From Escherichia phage ime09, in sequence record NC_019503.1: a DNA stretch of 64,000 nucleotides. The stretch is one strand, 5' to 3'. This document shows positions 54,480-63,061 of the stretch, piece after piece. Position numbers and translations under genes: made by a program. The stretch's first letter is position 1. The number at the start of each line of letters is the position of its first letter. The notes beneath the pieces are model-generated. The model worked only from the letters and a program-made list of their open reading frames with translations, was not told the origin of the DNA and did no database searches.

Positions 54480-55136
54480 ATGGCAGCACCTAGAATATCA
54501 TTTTCGCCCTCTGATATTCTGTTTGGTGTTCTAGATCGCTTGTTCAAAGATAACGCTACCGGGAAAGTTCTTGCTTCCCGGGTAGCTGTCGTAATTCTTT
54601 TGTTTATAATGGCGATTGTTTGGTATAGGGGAGATAGTTTCTTTGAGTACTATAAGCAATCAAAGTATGAAACATACAGTGAAATTATTGAAAAGGAAAG
54701 AAATGCACGCTTTGAATCTGTCGCCCTGGAACAACTCCAGATAGTTCATATATCATCTGAGGCAGACTTTAGTGCGGTGTATTCTTTCCGCCCTAAAAAC
54801 TTAAACTATTTTGTTGATATTATAGCATATGAAGGAAAATTACCTTCAACAATAAGTGAAAAATCACTTGGAGGATATCCTGTTGATAAAACTATGGATG
54901 AATATGCAGTTCATTTAAATGGACGTCATTATTATTCCAACTCAAAATTTGCTTTTTTACCAACCAAAAAGCCTACTCCCGAAATAAATTACATGTACAG
55001 TTGTCCATATTTCAATTTGGATAATATCTATGCTGGAACAATAACAATGTACTGGTATAGAAATGATCATATAAGTAATGACCGCCTTGAATCAATATGT
55101 GCTCAGGCGGCCAGAATATTAGGAAGGGCTAAATAA
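54480..55136 (+). CDS. t: Holin T
   Basis: 218 aa as in T4; single TM segment (VAVVILLFIMAIVWY) near the N-terminus with a large C-terminal domain. Confidence 0.85.
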   Translation: MAAPRISFSPSDILFGVLDRLFKDNATGKVLASRVAVVILLFIMAIVWYRGDSFFEYYKQSKYETYSEIIEKERNARFESVALEQLQIVHISSEADFSAVYSFRPKNLNYFVDIIAYEGKLPSTISEKSLGGYPVDKTMDEYAVHLNGRHYYSNSKFAFLPTKKPTPEINYMYSCPYFNLDNIYAGTITMYWYRNDHISNDRLESICAQAARILGRAK

Positions 55137-55409
55137 TTATTTGTTCGTATACATCTCTAGATATCGATATACACCCTCAAAACCCTCGTTGAATTCGTCG
55201 ATGAGGGTTTTCTTATCTTCTTGAGTTAATTCAGAAACAATTTTACGGAATGAATTCTGATTCAACTTTCTACCTTCATGTGTTACTCCAATCTCATTCA
55301 GAAATGCAATAAAATTAGCACGATTCTCAACAATATCTTCTCTGGAAAATTTAATCAAAATAGACGCAACAGTAATAATTTCACGAACTGTATCAATATT
55401 TTTATTCAT
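55137..55409 (-). CDS. asiA: Anti-sigma70 factor AsiA
   Basis: 90 aa as in T4; convergent with t. Confidence 0.9.
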   Translation of the reverse strand: MNKNIDTVREIITVASILIKFSREDIVENRANFIAFLNEIGVTHEGRKLNQNSFRKIVSELTQEDKKTLIDEFNEGFEGVYRYLEMYTNK

Positions 55410-55421
55410 TAACTATACCAC

Positions 55422-55574
55422 TCAATTAGTTGACTTTACTATAATATCATCAGACGCTTGATTTGTAAACTGGTCTGTGGTATTTTCTTCAAAAATTTTT
55501 TCTACGAATTCCTTGAACGACTTACGTTCCTGAGCTACATTGTGCTCGATTACTTTTTCAAGATTATGACTCAT
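55422..55574 (-). CDS. Possible small 50-aa protein (not in the ORF track)
   Basis: ATG overlaps the arn stop (ATGA-type overlap); translation MSHNLEKVIEHNVAQERKSFKEFVEKIF... Confidence 0.3.
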   Translation of the reverse strand: MSHNLEKVIEHNVAQERKSFKEFVEKIFEENTTDQFTNQASDDIIVKSTN

Positions 55575-55849
55575 TCGAAATAATCTTCAATTTCATAATC
55601 ATGGACATAAATCATTATAGTTTTTAATACATCATCAATACTTTTTCCAGGAGCTGGAATTACGTAAAAATATCCTGCTTTTGAGAGGTCTTTATAAGTT
55701 CCAATCAAGAAATCATTATTCTCGAGATGTAGTTCTTCAACTAATTCATTGACAATTGAGTGGTATAAATTTGGTAGAAACTTATATAGCTTTTCTAGAA
55801 TATCAATTTTGATTGTGTATTGAACCACAGACTGAGAATCAATAATCAT
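55571..55849 (-). CDS. arn: Probable Arn (anti-restriction nuclease)
   Basis: 92-aa ORF in the arn position between asiA and motA. Confidence 0.6.
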   Translation of the reverse strand: MIIDSQSVVQYTIKIDILEKLYKFLPNLYHSIVNELVEELHLENNDFLIGTYKDLSKAGYFYVIPAPGKSIDDVLKTIMIYVHDYEIEDYFE

Positions 55850-55932
55850 AGACCTTCCCCTTATGTTTCTGTTTGCGATTAGATTCTTTAAACGCTTTCT
55901 TCTTATCCTTATGGACAGAAGCTTTATTAAAA

Positions 55933-56151
55933 TTATGTTTTGCGACTAAATTGTTCATAGTGCTGAATTACCTCTCTCAAACATTTGCATGTGAATGAAA
56001 ACTTTTTAGCTACACCACATTCAAATATATGTTCTCTTAAATCACGTGTATCAGTATATCCCATCTCAACGATAAAATGCCGTATTAGATTTTTATCTTT
56101 ATCATTGAGAGAATTAAAATAATCGGATTTTGAATTAATTTCCCTGGCCAA
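55933..56151 (-). CDS. Hypothetical protein
   Basis: 72-aa ORF. Confidence 0.45.
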   Translation of the reverse strand: MAREINSKSDYFNSLNDKDKNLIRHFIVEMGYTDTRDLREHIFECGVAKKFSFTCKCLREVIQHYEQFSRKT

Positions 56152-56431
56152 ATTGAATCACCTTCAGTTGACGTTTTAGCTCTTTTATCATTTCTTCGTT
56201 CATCGCAATATAAAGATCGCGTAAAGCAGGTTTTAACATGTCATTTATTGTAGAACTAAATGGACATACATAATCTTTTCCTACAAGCTTTTTAGTGAAT
56301 TCCATATCGCAGAACTTAAATCCCGGTTCATTGGCATAAATTCCCCAATTAGTTGACATCATTTTATTAGCATATTCCAGTGCCTGGATTTGATTCATAA
56401 TTCCATCAATTTGAAACTTTTTAATATTCAT
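56135..56431 (-). CDS. Hypothetical protein
   Basis: 98-aa ORF. Confidence 0.5.
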   Translation of the reverse strand: MNIKKFQIDGIMNQIQALEYANKMMSTNWGIYANEPGFKFCDMEFTKKLVGKDYVCPFSSTINDMLKPALRDLYIAMNEEMIKELKRQLKVIQFGQGN

Positions 56432-56892
56432 TAGTAAAGGTCCTCAGAGTAAAGTTCTTTTTCACTACCACCGCGTTCAATACGTACTTGTCTGGCGTAA
56501 GTTGCAATAATCATTGCTTCTTCACGTGTCCAATAATTACTATATTGGTCAATAAACCCTTGGTCATCATCACAAACTTGTTGAGTAACTAATTGAGGTT
56601 TAACTACATCTAAAACTTCTGCCATATCTTTAGAATAATGACGAGCACCCGGAATAACAAGAGTTCGTCCATCTTTTAATTTAAAACGGTTGGCTGCGCA
56701 AACAATTCGTCGTTGATACTTTTGATTTTCGTCCCAATATGCAGACTGCCAACAGATTTCAGGAACTTCTTTCAGAATATCTTCTTCTGTGCATTTATAA
56801 CCATGCGCTTTAAATTTTTCAACAAGACTTTCTGGAGTTTCACGGGATAAAGGAACATTCAGCATTTTTAAACGATTAATAAACGGGTTCAT
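56431..56892 (-). CDS. Hypothetical protein
   Basis: 153-aa ORF. Confidence 0.5.
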   Translation of the reverse strand: MNPFINRLKMLNVPLSRETPESLVEKFKAHGYKCTEEDILKEVPEICWQSAYWDENQKYQRRIVCAANRFKLKDGRTLVIPGARHYSKDMAEVLDVVKPQLVTQQVCDDDQGFIDQYSNYWTREEAMIIATYARQVRIERGGSEKELYSEDLY

Positions 56893-57218
56893 TTAAACCA
56901 TCCTTTAATACGTTGCCACAAAGTTTTCTGTTGAGCTTTGTTAACACCAATTGAGCGAATAACTGGTTGAGATTCCTGGAATTCTTTATAATCAGCAAGG
57001 TAAATTTCGTAAGCTGCATCTGTAAATGAACTTATCGCCGCCATAAAATTATTGCGAATACCTACTGGAGCATCTTTACTTTCACGAATAATCATGTATT
57101 TACCAGTCTTAATCTTTACGATAGTTCCAAGATAAGCTCCGTGGTACCAGATGTCCCACCCCTCTTGAGTGGGTTCTGCACAACGACGAAGTTCATTAAC
57201 AATTTCTAACTTGTTCAT
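56889..57218 (-). CDS. Hypothetical protein
   Basis: 109-aa ORF. Confidence 0.5.
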   Translation of the reverse strand: MNKLEIVNELRRCAEPTQEGWDIWYHGAYLGTIVKIKTGKYMIIRESKDAPVGIRNNFMAAISSFTDAAYEIYLADYKEFQESQPVIRSIGVNKAQQKTLWQRIKGWFK

Positions 57219-57228
57219 TATTTATTCC

Positions 57229-57864
57229 TCACAGTTCAGATGCTACGGTGATTACTGCTTCAATGTTTTCTGCCGAGCGTTTAATGTCAAGATACACATT
57301 ACCGTTTTTAGCGATTTTACATGACATTCCGATATCAGTAAATTTCTGAATATGATGTTCCATCATTTTGTATCCAAAAATTCGCATATTTCCATTGTTA
57401 TTAATTTCAAAATTGCGAATTCCGTGAGTGCGTTTTTCTAAAATAGCAAGATAGTTACTGCGGTAAGTTTCAACCTTTTTAAGAACAAATCCATTTTCAT
57501 CTAAAAGTTTTAACATGAAGTCTTTATCTTCTTCCATATCGGAAGTAATCTCACGAGCTTTACGAGTTGCTCGTTTTTTCAGCAGTTCAGGAGCATTTTC
57601 CTGTGCATACAAAGTTGCTGCGTTTGAAATAATATCCTGAGCTTCACCAGTAATGATTAATCCATCACCAGATTTCTCCACTAGGCCTTTTTTAATCAAT
57701 ACCCCAATATTACTATTAACTACTGCGTTACCTAAATCTGGATGCACCTCACGAACTTCTGCAGCTGTAATGAAATCTTTCTTAGCAATGGTAATTAAAA
57801 TTGCAGCAGTCTTTTCATTCAGAACATCGTTAGAAGCTTTGATGATATAAGTTACTTTAGACAT
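57229..57864 (-). CDS. motA: Middle-transcription activator MotA
   Basis: 211 aa as in T4; early promoter cassette upstream. Confidence 0.9.
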   Translation of the reverse strand: MSKVTYIIKASNDVLNEKTAAILITIAKKDFITAAEVREVHPDLGNAVVNSNIGVLIKKGLVEKSGDGLIITGEAQDIISNAATLYAQENAPELLKKRATRKAREITSDMEEDKDFMLKLLDENGFVLKKVETYRSNYLAILEKRTHGIRNFEINNNGNMRIFGYKMMEHHIQKFTDIGMSCKIAKNGNVYLDIKRSAENIEAVITVASEL

Positions 57865-57894
57865 TTTCTAATCTCCGTAATTCTGTATCAGTAG

Positions 57895-57937
57895 TTGATA
57901 GTTGTATAGTACCATAGTATGCTTTGGTTGTAAACCG
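57895..57937 (-). promoter_or_regulatory. Early promoter for motA (cassette copy 2)
   Basis: GTTTAC at 57930-57935 (minus) with a -10-like TATACA; matches the 40661-40700 promoter region. Confidence 0.6.
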
Positions 57938-57959
57938 TTTTGTGAAAAAATTTTTGAAA

Positions 57960-57990
57960 TAAAAAAGGGAGAGCCTCGGCTCTCCCTAAA
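57960..57990 (-). terminator. Minus-strand terminator (gggagagcc-tc-ggctctccc then T-run)
   Basis: 9-bp GC-rich stem; on the minus strand it is followed by ttttttatttc. Confidence 0.7.
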
Positions 57991-57991
57991 A

Positions 57992-58141
57992 TTACTGCAT
58001 GACTGTGATAACTGTCATGATAACACGTTGAATTCCGAACGCAAGAAGACCTCCTGCTACGGCAGGAACAACACCTAAACCCGCCAGTAAAATGCTACCA
58101 GATACTAATGCAGCACTTGTAATACCTATGAATGGACTCAT
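57992..58141 (-). CDS. Small hydrophobic membrane protein (49 aa)
   Basis: ATG overlaps the gene 52 stop (ATGA); translation MSPFIGITSAALVSGSILLAGLGVVPAVAGGLLAFGIQRVIMTVITVMQ; absent from the ORF track. Confidence 0.45.
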   Translation of the reverse strand: MSPFIGITSAALVSGSILLAGLGVVPAVAGGLLAFGIQRVIMTVITVMQ

Positions 58142-59466
58142 TTGATTTCCTCTAAATCTTTGGTGTATTCTGTAACTACATCAGTAGTTTTCCAATATTC
58201 GTTTTCTTCTTTTTTGGCTTTAGCTTCTTCAGCAAGTTTCTTTGCTTCGTCGGAAGTCATATGAAAAATGTTCATTCCAACTAGTTTATCAACATAAGAA
58301 GAATACATATCAATTTTAGAAAGTTCTTCGGTCAGTTCTTTGCGAGTTTTACCTTGTACAACAATTTCACCTGAAATTACTTTCTTAATGAAATGTGCCT
58401 TGGCAAAAGCTAAACGAAATGCCGATTCAGTTTCCTTAATTTTGTTATCAATTCGCTTTTGGACATAAGTTTTACGAACTTCAACGAAGTCTTTGATTAA
58501 ATCAACTACGTTATCGTAAACTTGCAGCTTTCCTTTCTCATTAATAACAGTAATATTCTGGGAACGACGCTCAATCAACCCGAAGTCTTTCATAATTTTT
58601 GCATGGCGTTCTTCTTCGTTATCGCTCAAAGAATATTCTTTACGGAATTTAACTTTGAAGCCAAAACCATGCTCACCGCAAGCATCATCCCACGTAATGA
58701 AGCCTTTATCTTCAAGCGGGTCTAAGATTTTACTCACATAAGTTTCACGATCATACTTATACGGAATCTCAGTGATATTCATTTGAGTTCGTGAAGTAAA
58801 CTTGTACGTTCCACGAATTTCATATTGACCGTCAATTTCAACGACTTCACCGCGAAATTCTGGGAATTCTACCTTCGGTTTAGTTACTTTCTTTCCTTGA
58901 AGAGCTTGTAGTACAGCTTTCTTGACAGAAGAAACACTATGAGGAAGAATGTAAGTTGCATAACCAGTTGCAATACCGGAAACACCATTAAGAAGAACAG
59001 TAGGAATAATAGGCAAATAGAAAGCAGGCGGAATGTGTTCTTTATCTTGATGTACCGGAGCATATTCAGTATCTTTATATACGCTATAGAAATTTTTACT
59101 TACACGAGCAAAAATATAACGACTTGCCGCTGCTTTTTGAACGGTACGAGAACCAAAGTTTCCTTGACCATCTAACAAAGGAAAGTTATTATTCCAAGTG
59201 TTAGCCATCAAAGCTCCAGCGTCTTGCGCAGAGTTTTCACCATGATGATATCCAAGGTCAGCTACACCACCTGCAATAGAAGCGAGTTTGTGAAACTTAT
59301 CTTTATTTCCTCGCGCCAAATCAAGAGCTCGAGCAATAACAAATCGTTGAACTGGCTTAAATCCATCAATCATATTTGGGATAGCACGATTTTCAACCGT
59401 GTACATAGCATAAGCCAATGCTTCATTATCAATGATACTTTTTAAATCGCGATTATTCAGTTGCAT
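58138..59466 (-). CDS. 52: DNA topoisomerase II medium subunit gp52
   Basis: 442 aa as in T4; GyrA-like active-site region around RYIFARV. Confidence 0.9.
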   Translation of the reverse strand: MQLNNRDLKSIIDNEALAYAMYTVENRAIPNMIDGFKPVQRFVIARALDLARGNKDKFHKLASIAGGVADLGYHHGENSAQDAGALMANTWNNNFPLLDGQGNFGSRTVQKAAASRYIFARVSKNFYSVYKDTEYAPVHQDKEHIPPAFYLPIIPTVLLNGVSGIATGYATYILPHSVSSVKKAVLQALQGKKVTKPKVEFPEFRGEVVEIDGQYEIRGTYKFTSRTQMNITEIPYKYDRETYVSKILDPLEDKGFITWDDACGEHGFGFKVKFRKEYSLSDNEEERHAKIMKDFGLIERRSQNITVINEKGKLQVYDNVVDLIKDFVEVRKTYVQKRIDNKIKETESAFRLAFAKAHFIKKVISGEIVVQGKTRKELTEELSKIDMYSSYVDKLVGMNIFHMTSDEAKKLAEEAKAKKEENEYWKTTDVVTEYTKDLEEIK

Positions 59467-59470
59467 AAAT

Positions 59471-59611
59471 TTACCATACTAGTGAATGTAGTGCCATAAT
59501 AACATCAGAAATGAAAAGCACGACTTGAATTAATCCGAACATTACTCCATAATATAGTGCTACCAATAAAGTAGCAAGGGCTAATGAATAGCCCAAGATT
59601 TTCTTAATCAT
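59471..59611 (-). CDS. Small hydrophobic protein (46 aa)
   Basis: MIKKILGYSLALATLLVALYYGVMFGLIQVVLFISDVIMALHSLVW; start overlaps the stop of the upstream small ORF. Confidence 0.35.
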   Translation of the reverse strand: MIKKILGYSLALATLLVALYYGVMFGLIQVVLFISDVIMALHSLVW

Positions 59612-59762
59612 TAGTAGATAACAACACAAATGTTAAATATGCACACATACCCTGGGCTAAAGCTTGTGAAAACACACTGCTAGCATCGATGCAGATAGTT
59701 AAAACACATGCTACTATCCAACAAATAAATGAAATAACTCCTAATAATTTTGCGATATTCAT
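59604..59762 (-). CDS. Small hydrophobic Cys-containing protein (52 aa)
   Basis: MNIAKLLGVISFICWIVACVLTICIDASSVFSQALAQGMCAYLTFVLLSTND; GAGGA RBS upstream. Confidence 0.35.
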   Translation of the reverse strand: MNIAKLLGVISFICWIVACVLTICIDASSVFSQALAQGMCAYLTFVLLSTND

Positions 59763-59842
59763 ATTTTCCTCACTGGCGTCCGAAGACGCCTTTGGTTTTA
59801 AGATTGTTACGATAGAACTGCATCACATGTTCGTTATGGAAA

Positions 59843-60016
59843 TTACTCATACACACCACACATTTTGCATAAACGTTCAAAACAGATAAATCCACCACCT
59901 ACACACATCACGACAGCCACATTATCATTAAGAGGTAGACCTAAAGCTGTAAAGATTCCAGTCAATGTGAATAAGGCTAAAACTAATAGGTAACCCATTA
60001 CAAATAGAGCTTTCAT
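59843..60016 (-). CDS. Small hydrophobic Cys-rich protein (57 aa)
   Basis: [57 protein letters not shown]; start overlaps the stop of the 151-aa ORF (TAATG). Confidence 0.35.
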
Positions 60017-60471
60017 TAATATGCCTGCAAAACAAATTTAAAATTATCAGCCAACATACGGTTCATTTCTTCAAGTGTTTGATACTCAGAATGATGATTA
60101 CGAGTAAACGCCAAAGCTAACTGACCTTTTCCAAATCCAGTCGTCAGAGGTTTCATCTTAGAAGCAGGCAAATAAAATACCGTGTATGGAACATTGTTAT
60201 TTGCAATAGTACGCGCAAGCTGAGACCGACGCTGACGAATATGACTTAGAACTGCACTGAACCCTTGCTTAGAGCGCTGATTACCTACATAAAATCGCGC
60301 AGATACACACGGACTATCAAATGGACCACCAAATTTGCTCACTAAAAAGTAAAATCCAGGATTAGACAAAATGTCTTTATGTGGAGTTCCAAAAACCCAT
60401 TCACCGCCCTTGATTGTACCAATAACAGTTGCCCCTGCATTATTCAAATCAGTAACAGTCATATATTTCAT
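60016..60471 (-). CDS. Hypothetical 151-aa protein, possibly Ndd (nucleoid disruption) by position and size
   Basis: 151-aa ORF between the gene 52 side and the denB/rIIB side; identity unconfirmed. Confidence 0.45.
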   Translation of the reverse strand: MKYMTVTDLNNAGATVIGTIKGGEWVFGTPHKDILSNPGFYFLVSKFGGPFDSPCVSARFYVGNQRSKQGFSAVLSHIRQRRSQLARTIANNNVPYTVFYLPASKMKPLTTGFGKGQLALAFTRNHHSEYQTLEEMNRMLADNFKFVLQAY

Positions 60472-60530
60472 GTTAATTTCCTCTAATTATTTTCTACTCC
60501 AAGGCCGCATGAATACACACGGCCGATAAA

Positions 60531-60746
60531 TTAATCGTCGCAGTCGACGCTCAATTCCCAGAACTCTTCTACAGTATAAGTTTCAGTATCGTTTTCAATA
60601 CAGAAACGTTCATTACTGTTATTTGCTAAAGTAGCATTAACTGTCATTTTCTCGCTAGTGCTCTTAAGAGGTGAAATACGAATTAACTGATCACCACTAT
60701 CCAAGCAAAAAATTTCGCCAACTTTTACATCTTTAAAAATTTTCAT
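60531..60746 (-). CDS. Hypothetical protein
   Basis: 71-aa ORF. Confidence 0.45.
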   Translation of the reverse strand: MKIFKDVKVGEIFCLDSGDQLIRISPLKSTSEKMTVNATLANNSNERFCIENDTETYTVEEFWELSVDCDD

Positions 60747-60861
60747 AATTCACCTCAGGGAGTATAAAATCCAAATGCAGTTGTTGACCATCCCATCCAA
60801 TACGGAAAATTTGCACCGACGTAAAACATGAGAATATAAAACCAAATGCTTAGTAAATTCA

Positions 60862-61059
60862 TTATTTTACACCATTCCAAATTGTTTCAACCACAGATTT
60901 CAAACCATTTTGGTGAATATCCATTCCGACAACTGCCATCAAATAGATTCCAACTACAACTGAACCTAAGGCGAAAATCAGCATGAAAATGAATAAAGCC
61001 GGAAAAATATTATCGAAAAACCATTCCATAAATGTAAAAGCACTACGTTTACGCTTCAT
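60862..61059 (-). CDS. Small membrane protein (65 aa from MKRKRSAF)
   Basis: Trimmed to the ATG with a GAGGA RBS; two hydrophobic segments. Confidence 0.4.
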   Translation of the reverse strand: MKRKRSAFTFMEWFFDNIFPALFIFMLIFALGSVVVGIYLMAVVGMDIHQNGLKSVVETIWNGVK

Positions 61060-61066
61060 ATTTTCC

Positions 61067-61180
61067 TCACATAAATCCAAAGTAAGCGTTTAATACATCA
61101 ATCATTAAAACGATTGGGAATATACTCAAAACTATTAGTATTATAACTACATTCCATATAGCTTTAACAATCTTTTTCAT
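61067..61180 (-). CDS. Small membrane protein (37 aa, MKKIVKAIWNVVIILIVLSIFPIVLMIDVLNAYFGFM)
   Basis: The ORF-track 82-aa ORF is trimmed because a GGAGG RBS and an early promoter (about 61195-61245) lie inside the extended reading frame. Confidence 0.35.
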   Translation of the reverse strand: MKKIVKAIWNVVIILIVLSIFPIVLMIDVLNAYFGFM

Positions 61181-61423
61181 TTTCTGTTCCTCCGTAGTTG
61201 ATAGGGTAATAATACCACAGAGGAACAGTCTTGTAAACAACTTTTTTAAAAATATTCGTAATAAATGTGAATACCAACTACTACCGCTGAAACTTGTGCA
61301 ACCCACCACGCACAAGCAATAAGTACAGAATTCAAAATTTTCATAATAACCTCATCACAAAAGTAAATGCTAAACAAATCAATGGAATACTAATTAACCA
61401 AACAAAACACCACCATAATGAAC

Positions 61424-61696
61424 TCATAGTTCAATCTCAGCGATTTTCATTTCATTACTATTAATAGCCGCTTTAAGACTATCTGAAAGAATTACATTCC
61501 AGTGGTCATTCATATGACCATTAACTAAGCGTGTAATTTCTTCAGGAGTTGAAAAATAAGGCGTATCAGACTCCCAATGTGATAATCCCAAGCGAGTATA
61601 AATCACACCTTCATCATCGCTAGAATATTCAACTGACACAAACTCATCAGTTATTTTATGTTTAGCGTAATAAAATTTAAATTTCATTTTACTCAA
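61424..61696 (-). CDS. Hypothetical protein
   Basis: 90-aa ORF. Confidence 0.5.
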   Translation of the reverse strand: MSKMKFKFYYAKHKITDEFVSVEYSSDDEGVIYTRLGLSHWESDTPYFSTPEEITRLVNGHMNDHWNVILSDSLKAAINSNEMKIAEIEL

Positions 61697-61911
61697 TAAT
61701 CCGCTAAAAGATCGACGATTGTATCACGAAGACACTTATTCGCAATACGTTTAAGAGCAATTTCAGTTTCTGGAGCATTTTGAATAATCATTGAATTCAA
61801 TTCAGCCTCAGCAAACTGAAGTTCTTTAACTAATTCAGCTTTATATTTTCCTTGCCCTTTCTTAGCTTTTGCTCGTTTTAATTCAGCTGTAGTAAACATT
61901 TTATTCTCCAA
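61693..61911 (-). CDS. Hypothetical protein
   Basis: 72-aa ORF; early promoter cassette copy 3 upstream. Confidence 0.5.
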   Translation of the reverse strand: MENKMFTTAELKRAKAKKGQGKYKAELVKELQFAEAELNSMIIQNAPETEIALKRIANKCLRDTIVDLLADY

Positions 61912-61924
61912 ATCCGTATCAGTT

Positions 61925-61965
61925 GATAGTTGTATAGTACCACAGTCCTTGTGGTATGTAAACCG
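61925..61965 (-). promoter_or_regulatory. Early promoter (cassette copy 3)
   Basis: GTTTAC at 61958-61963 (minus) with a TATACA -10-like box; strongly similar to the 40661-40700 and 57895-57937 promoters. Confidence 0.55.
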
Positions 61966-61980
61966 TTTTGTGAAAATTTT

Positions 61981-62538
61981 TTAAATGGAAAGATACCATC
62001 CGTTGTAGTTGCTTTTTCTTACAACCTTACGAAGGTCTTCTCTATCACCGATGAACTTCGGAGTGTACTGGATGACACCTGGGTGAATTTCTTTAGTGTT
62101 GAATATAATTATACAGTCAGCGACCTGATGATTCAGAATGGGCCCTAGATTTATTCCAGAACCGTATGGATACTCTCCGCTGCATCCGGTTGTTACCGAA
62201 ATCCAACGTGAGTCAGTTTGATGTGTCTTAACTTCTACACGAAGCCCGCAGTATCTTGGATGCGCCAATACATCCCATGCGTATGTATACGGGTCATTAA
62301 CATCCTCTTGGCCTTTGTTAACATACCCGCTTAGCCAATCTGCTACAAAAAACTCTGCGTACACCGCGATACGACATCTTTCGATAACTTCTGCTTTATC
62401 CTGGTTCGGGTTTTGTTTTAAAGAGTATCTTGCTGTATCAGCAATTTTGACCTTCATTTCACTAGTCAAGTCACTGTTCGATAGGGTAAATGTCGGAATC
62501 TGAAATAGTCTCTGTAAACCCGGATTCGTTTTCTGCAT
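61981..62538 (-). CDS. Hypothetical 185-aa protein, possibly endonuclease IV (denB) by size and position near rIIB
   Basis: 185-aa ORF; identity from synteny only. Confidence 0.45.
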   Translation of the reverse strand: MQKTNPGLQRLFQIPTFTLSNSDLTSEMKVKIADTARYSLKQNPNQDKAEVIERCRIAVYAEFFVADWLSGYVNKGQEDVNDPYTYAWDVLAHPRYCGLRVEVKTHQTDSRWISVTTGCSGEYPYGSGINLGPILNHQVADCIIIFNTKEIHPGVIQYTPKFIGDREDLRKVVRKSNYNGWYLSI

Positions 62539-62800
62539 TTAGACTTTCCTTTTTACCGCTGAGATAAGCGTTATATACTTTAAGAGTGCCGTAATAAATT
62601 CGGTCATTTTCATCTAAAGACTCACGGTCAAGTTCATCGAGTTCCTTTTTATCCATGACTATAACATCATTGCAGTAAAGAAACCCAAGTTTTTCGTGAC
62701 CAAACTCAAATTTATTGCAGTACACAATATTAGCGTGATGATTTCCGTGCAGTTTAATCTCTTTTATGTCGGAATCACCGATATTCATACAATAAATCAT
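62471..62800 (-). CDS. Hypothetical protein
   Basis: 109-aa ORF. Confidence 0.45.
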   Translation of the reverse strand: MIYCMNIGDSDIKEIKLHGNHHANIVYCNKFEFGHEKLGFLYCNDVIVMDKKELDELDRESLDENDRIYYGTLKVYNAYLSGKKESLNAENESGFTETISDSDIYPIEQ

Positions 62801-62838
62801 AATTTTTCCTTAAAACAAAAGGGCCGAAGCCCCTTATT

Positions 62839-63033
62839 TTATTTGAATTGTGCAATTCTTTTTTCTAAACAATCTGCGTAAGATTTCATTGAGATGAACT
62901 GTGAAAGCAGTAATTCTTGCTCAACTTCATTAATCGTTAGAAACTTTGTGCTTTCTAAAAATTTGCTCAGTGCATTAATTTTGAGCATTAATTGATCGTA
63001 TTCTTCTTTTACTCGTGCTTGATAACCTAACAT
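62839..63033 (-). CDS. Hypothetical protein
   Basis: 64-aa ORF flanked by stem-loops. Confidence 0.45.
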   Translation of the reverse strand: MLGYQARVKEEYDQLMLKINALSKFLESTKFLTINEVEQELLLSQFISMKSYADCLEKRIAQFK

Positions 63034-63061
63034 AATTTTCCTTAGTTAAGGGCCGAAGCCC

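Noticed and set aside
59774-59789. Hairpin ggcgtc-cgaa-gacgcc followed by tttggtttt, a possible plus-strand terminator
   Set aside because: All nearby genes are on the minus strand, where the hairpin lacks a U-tract and overlaps the RBS region of a small ORF; more likely an mRNA structural element or an antisense terminator, with weak evidence either way.
61067-61315. 82-aa ORF as given in the ORF track
   Set aside because: A GGAGG RBS and an early promoter sit inside the extended frame; only the C-terminal 37 codons (61067..61180) are plausibly translated.
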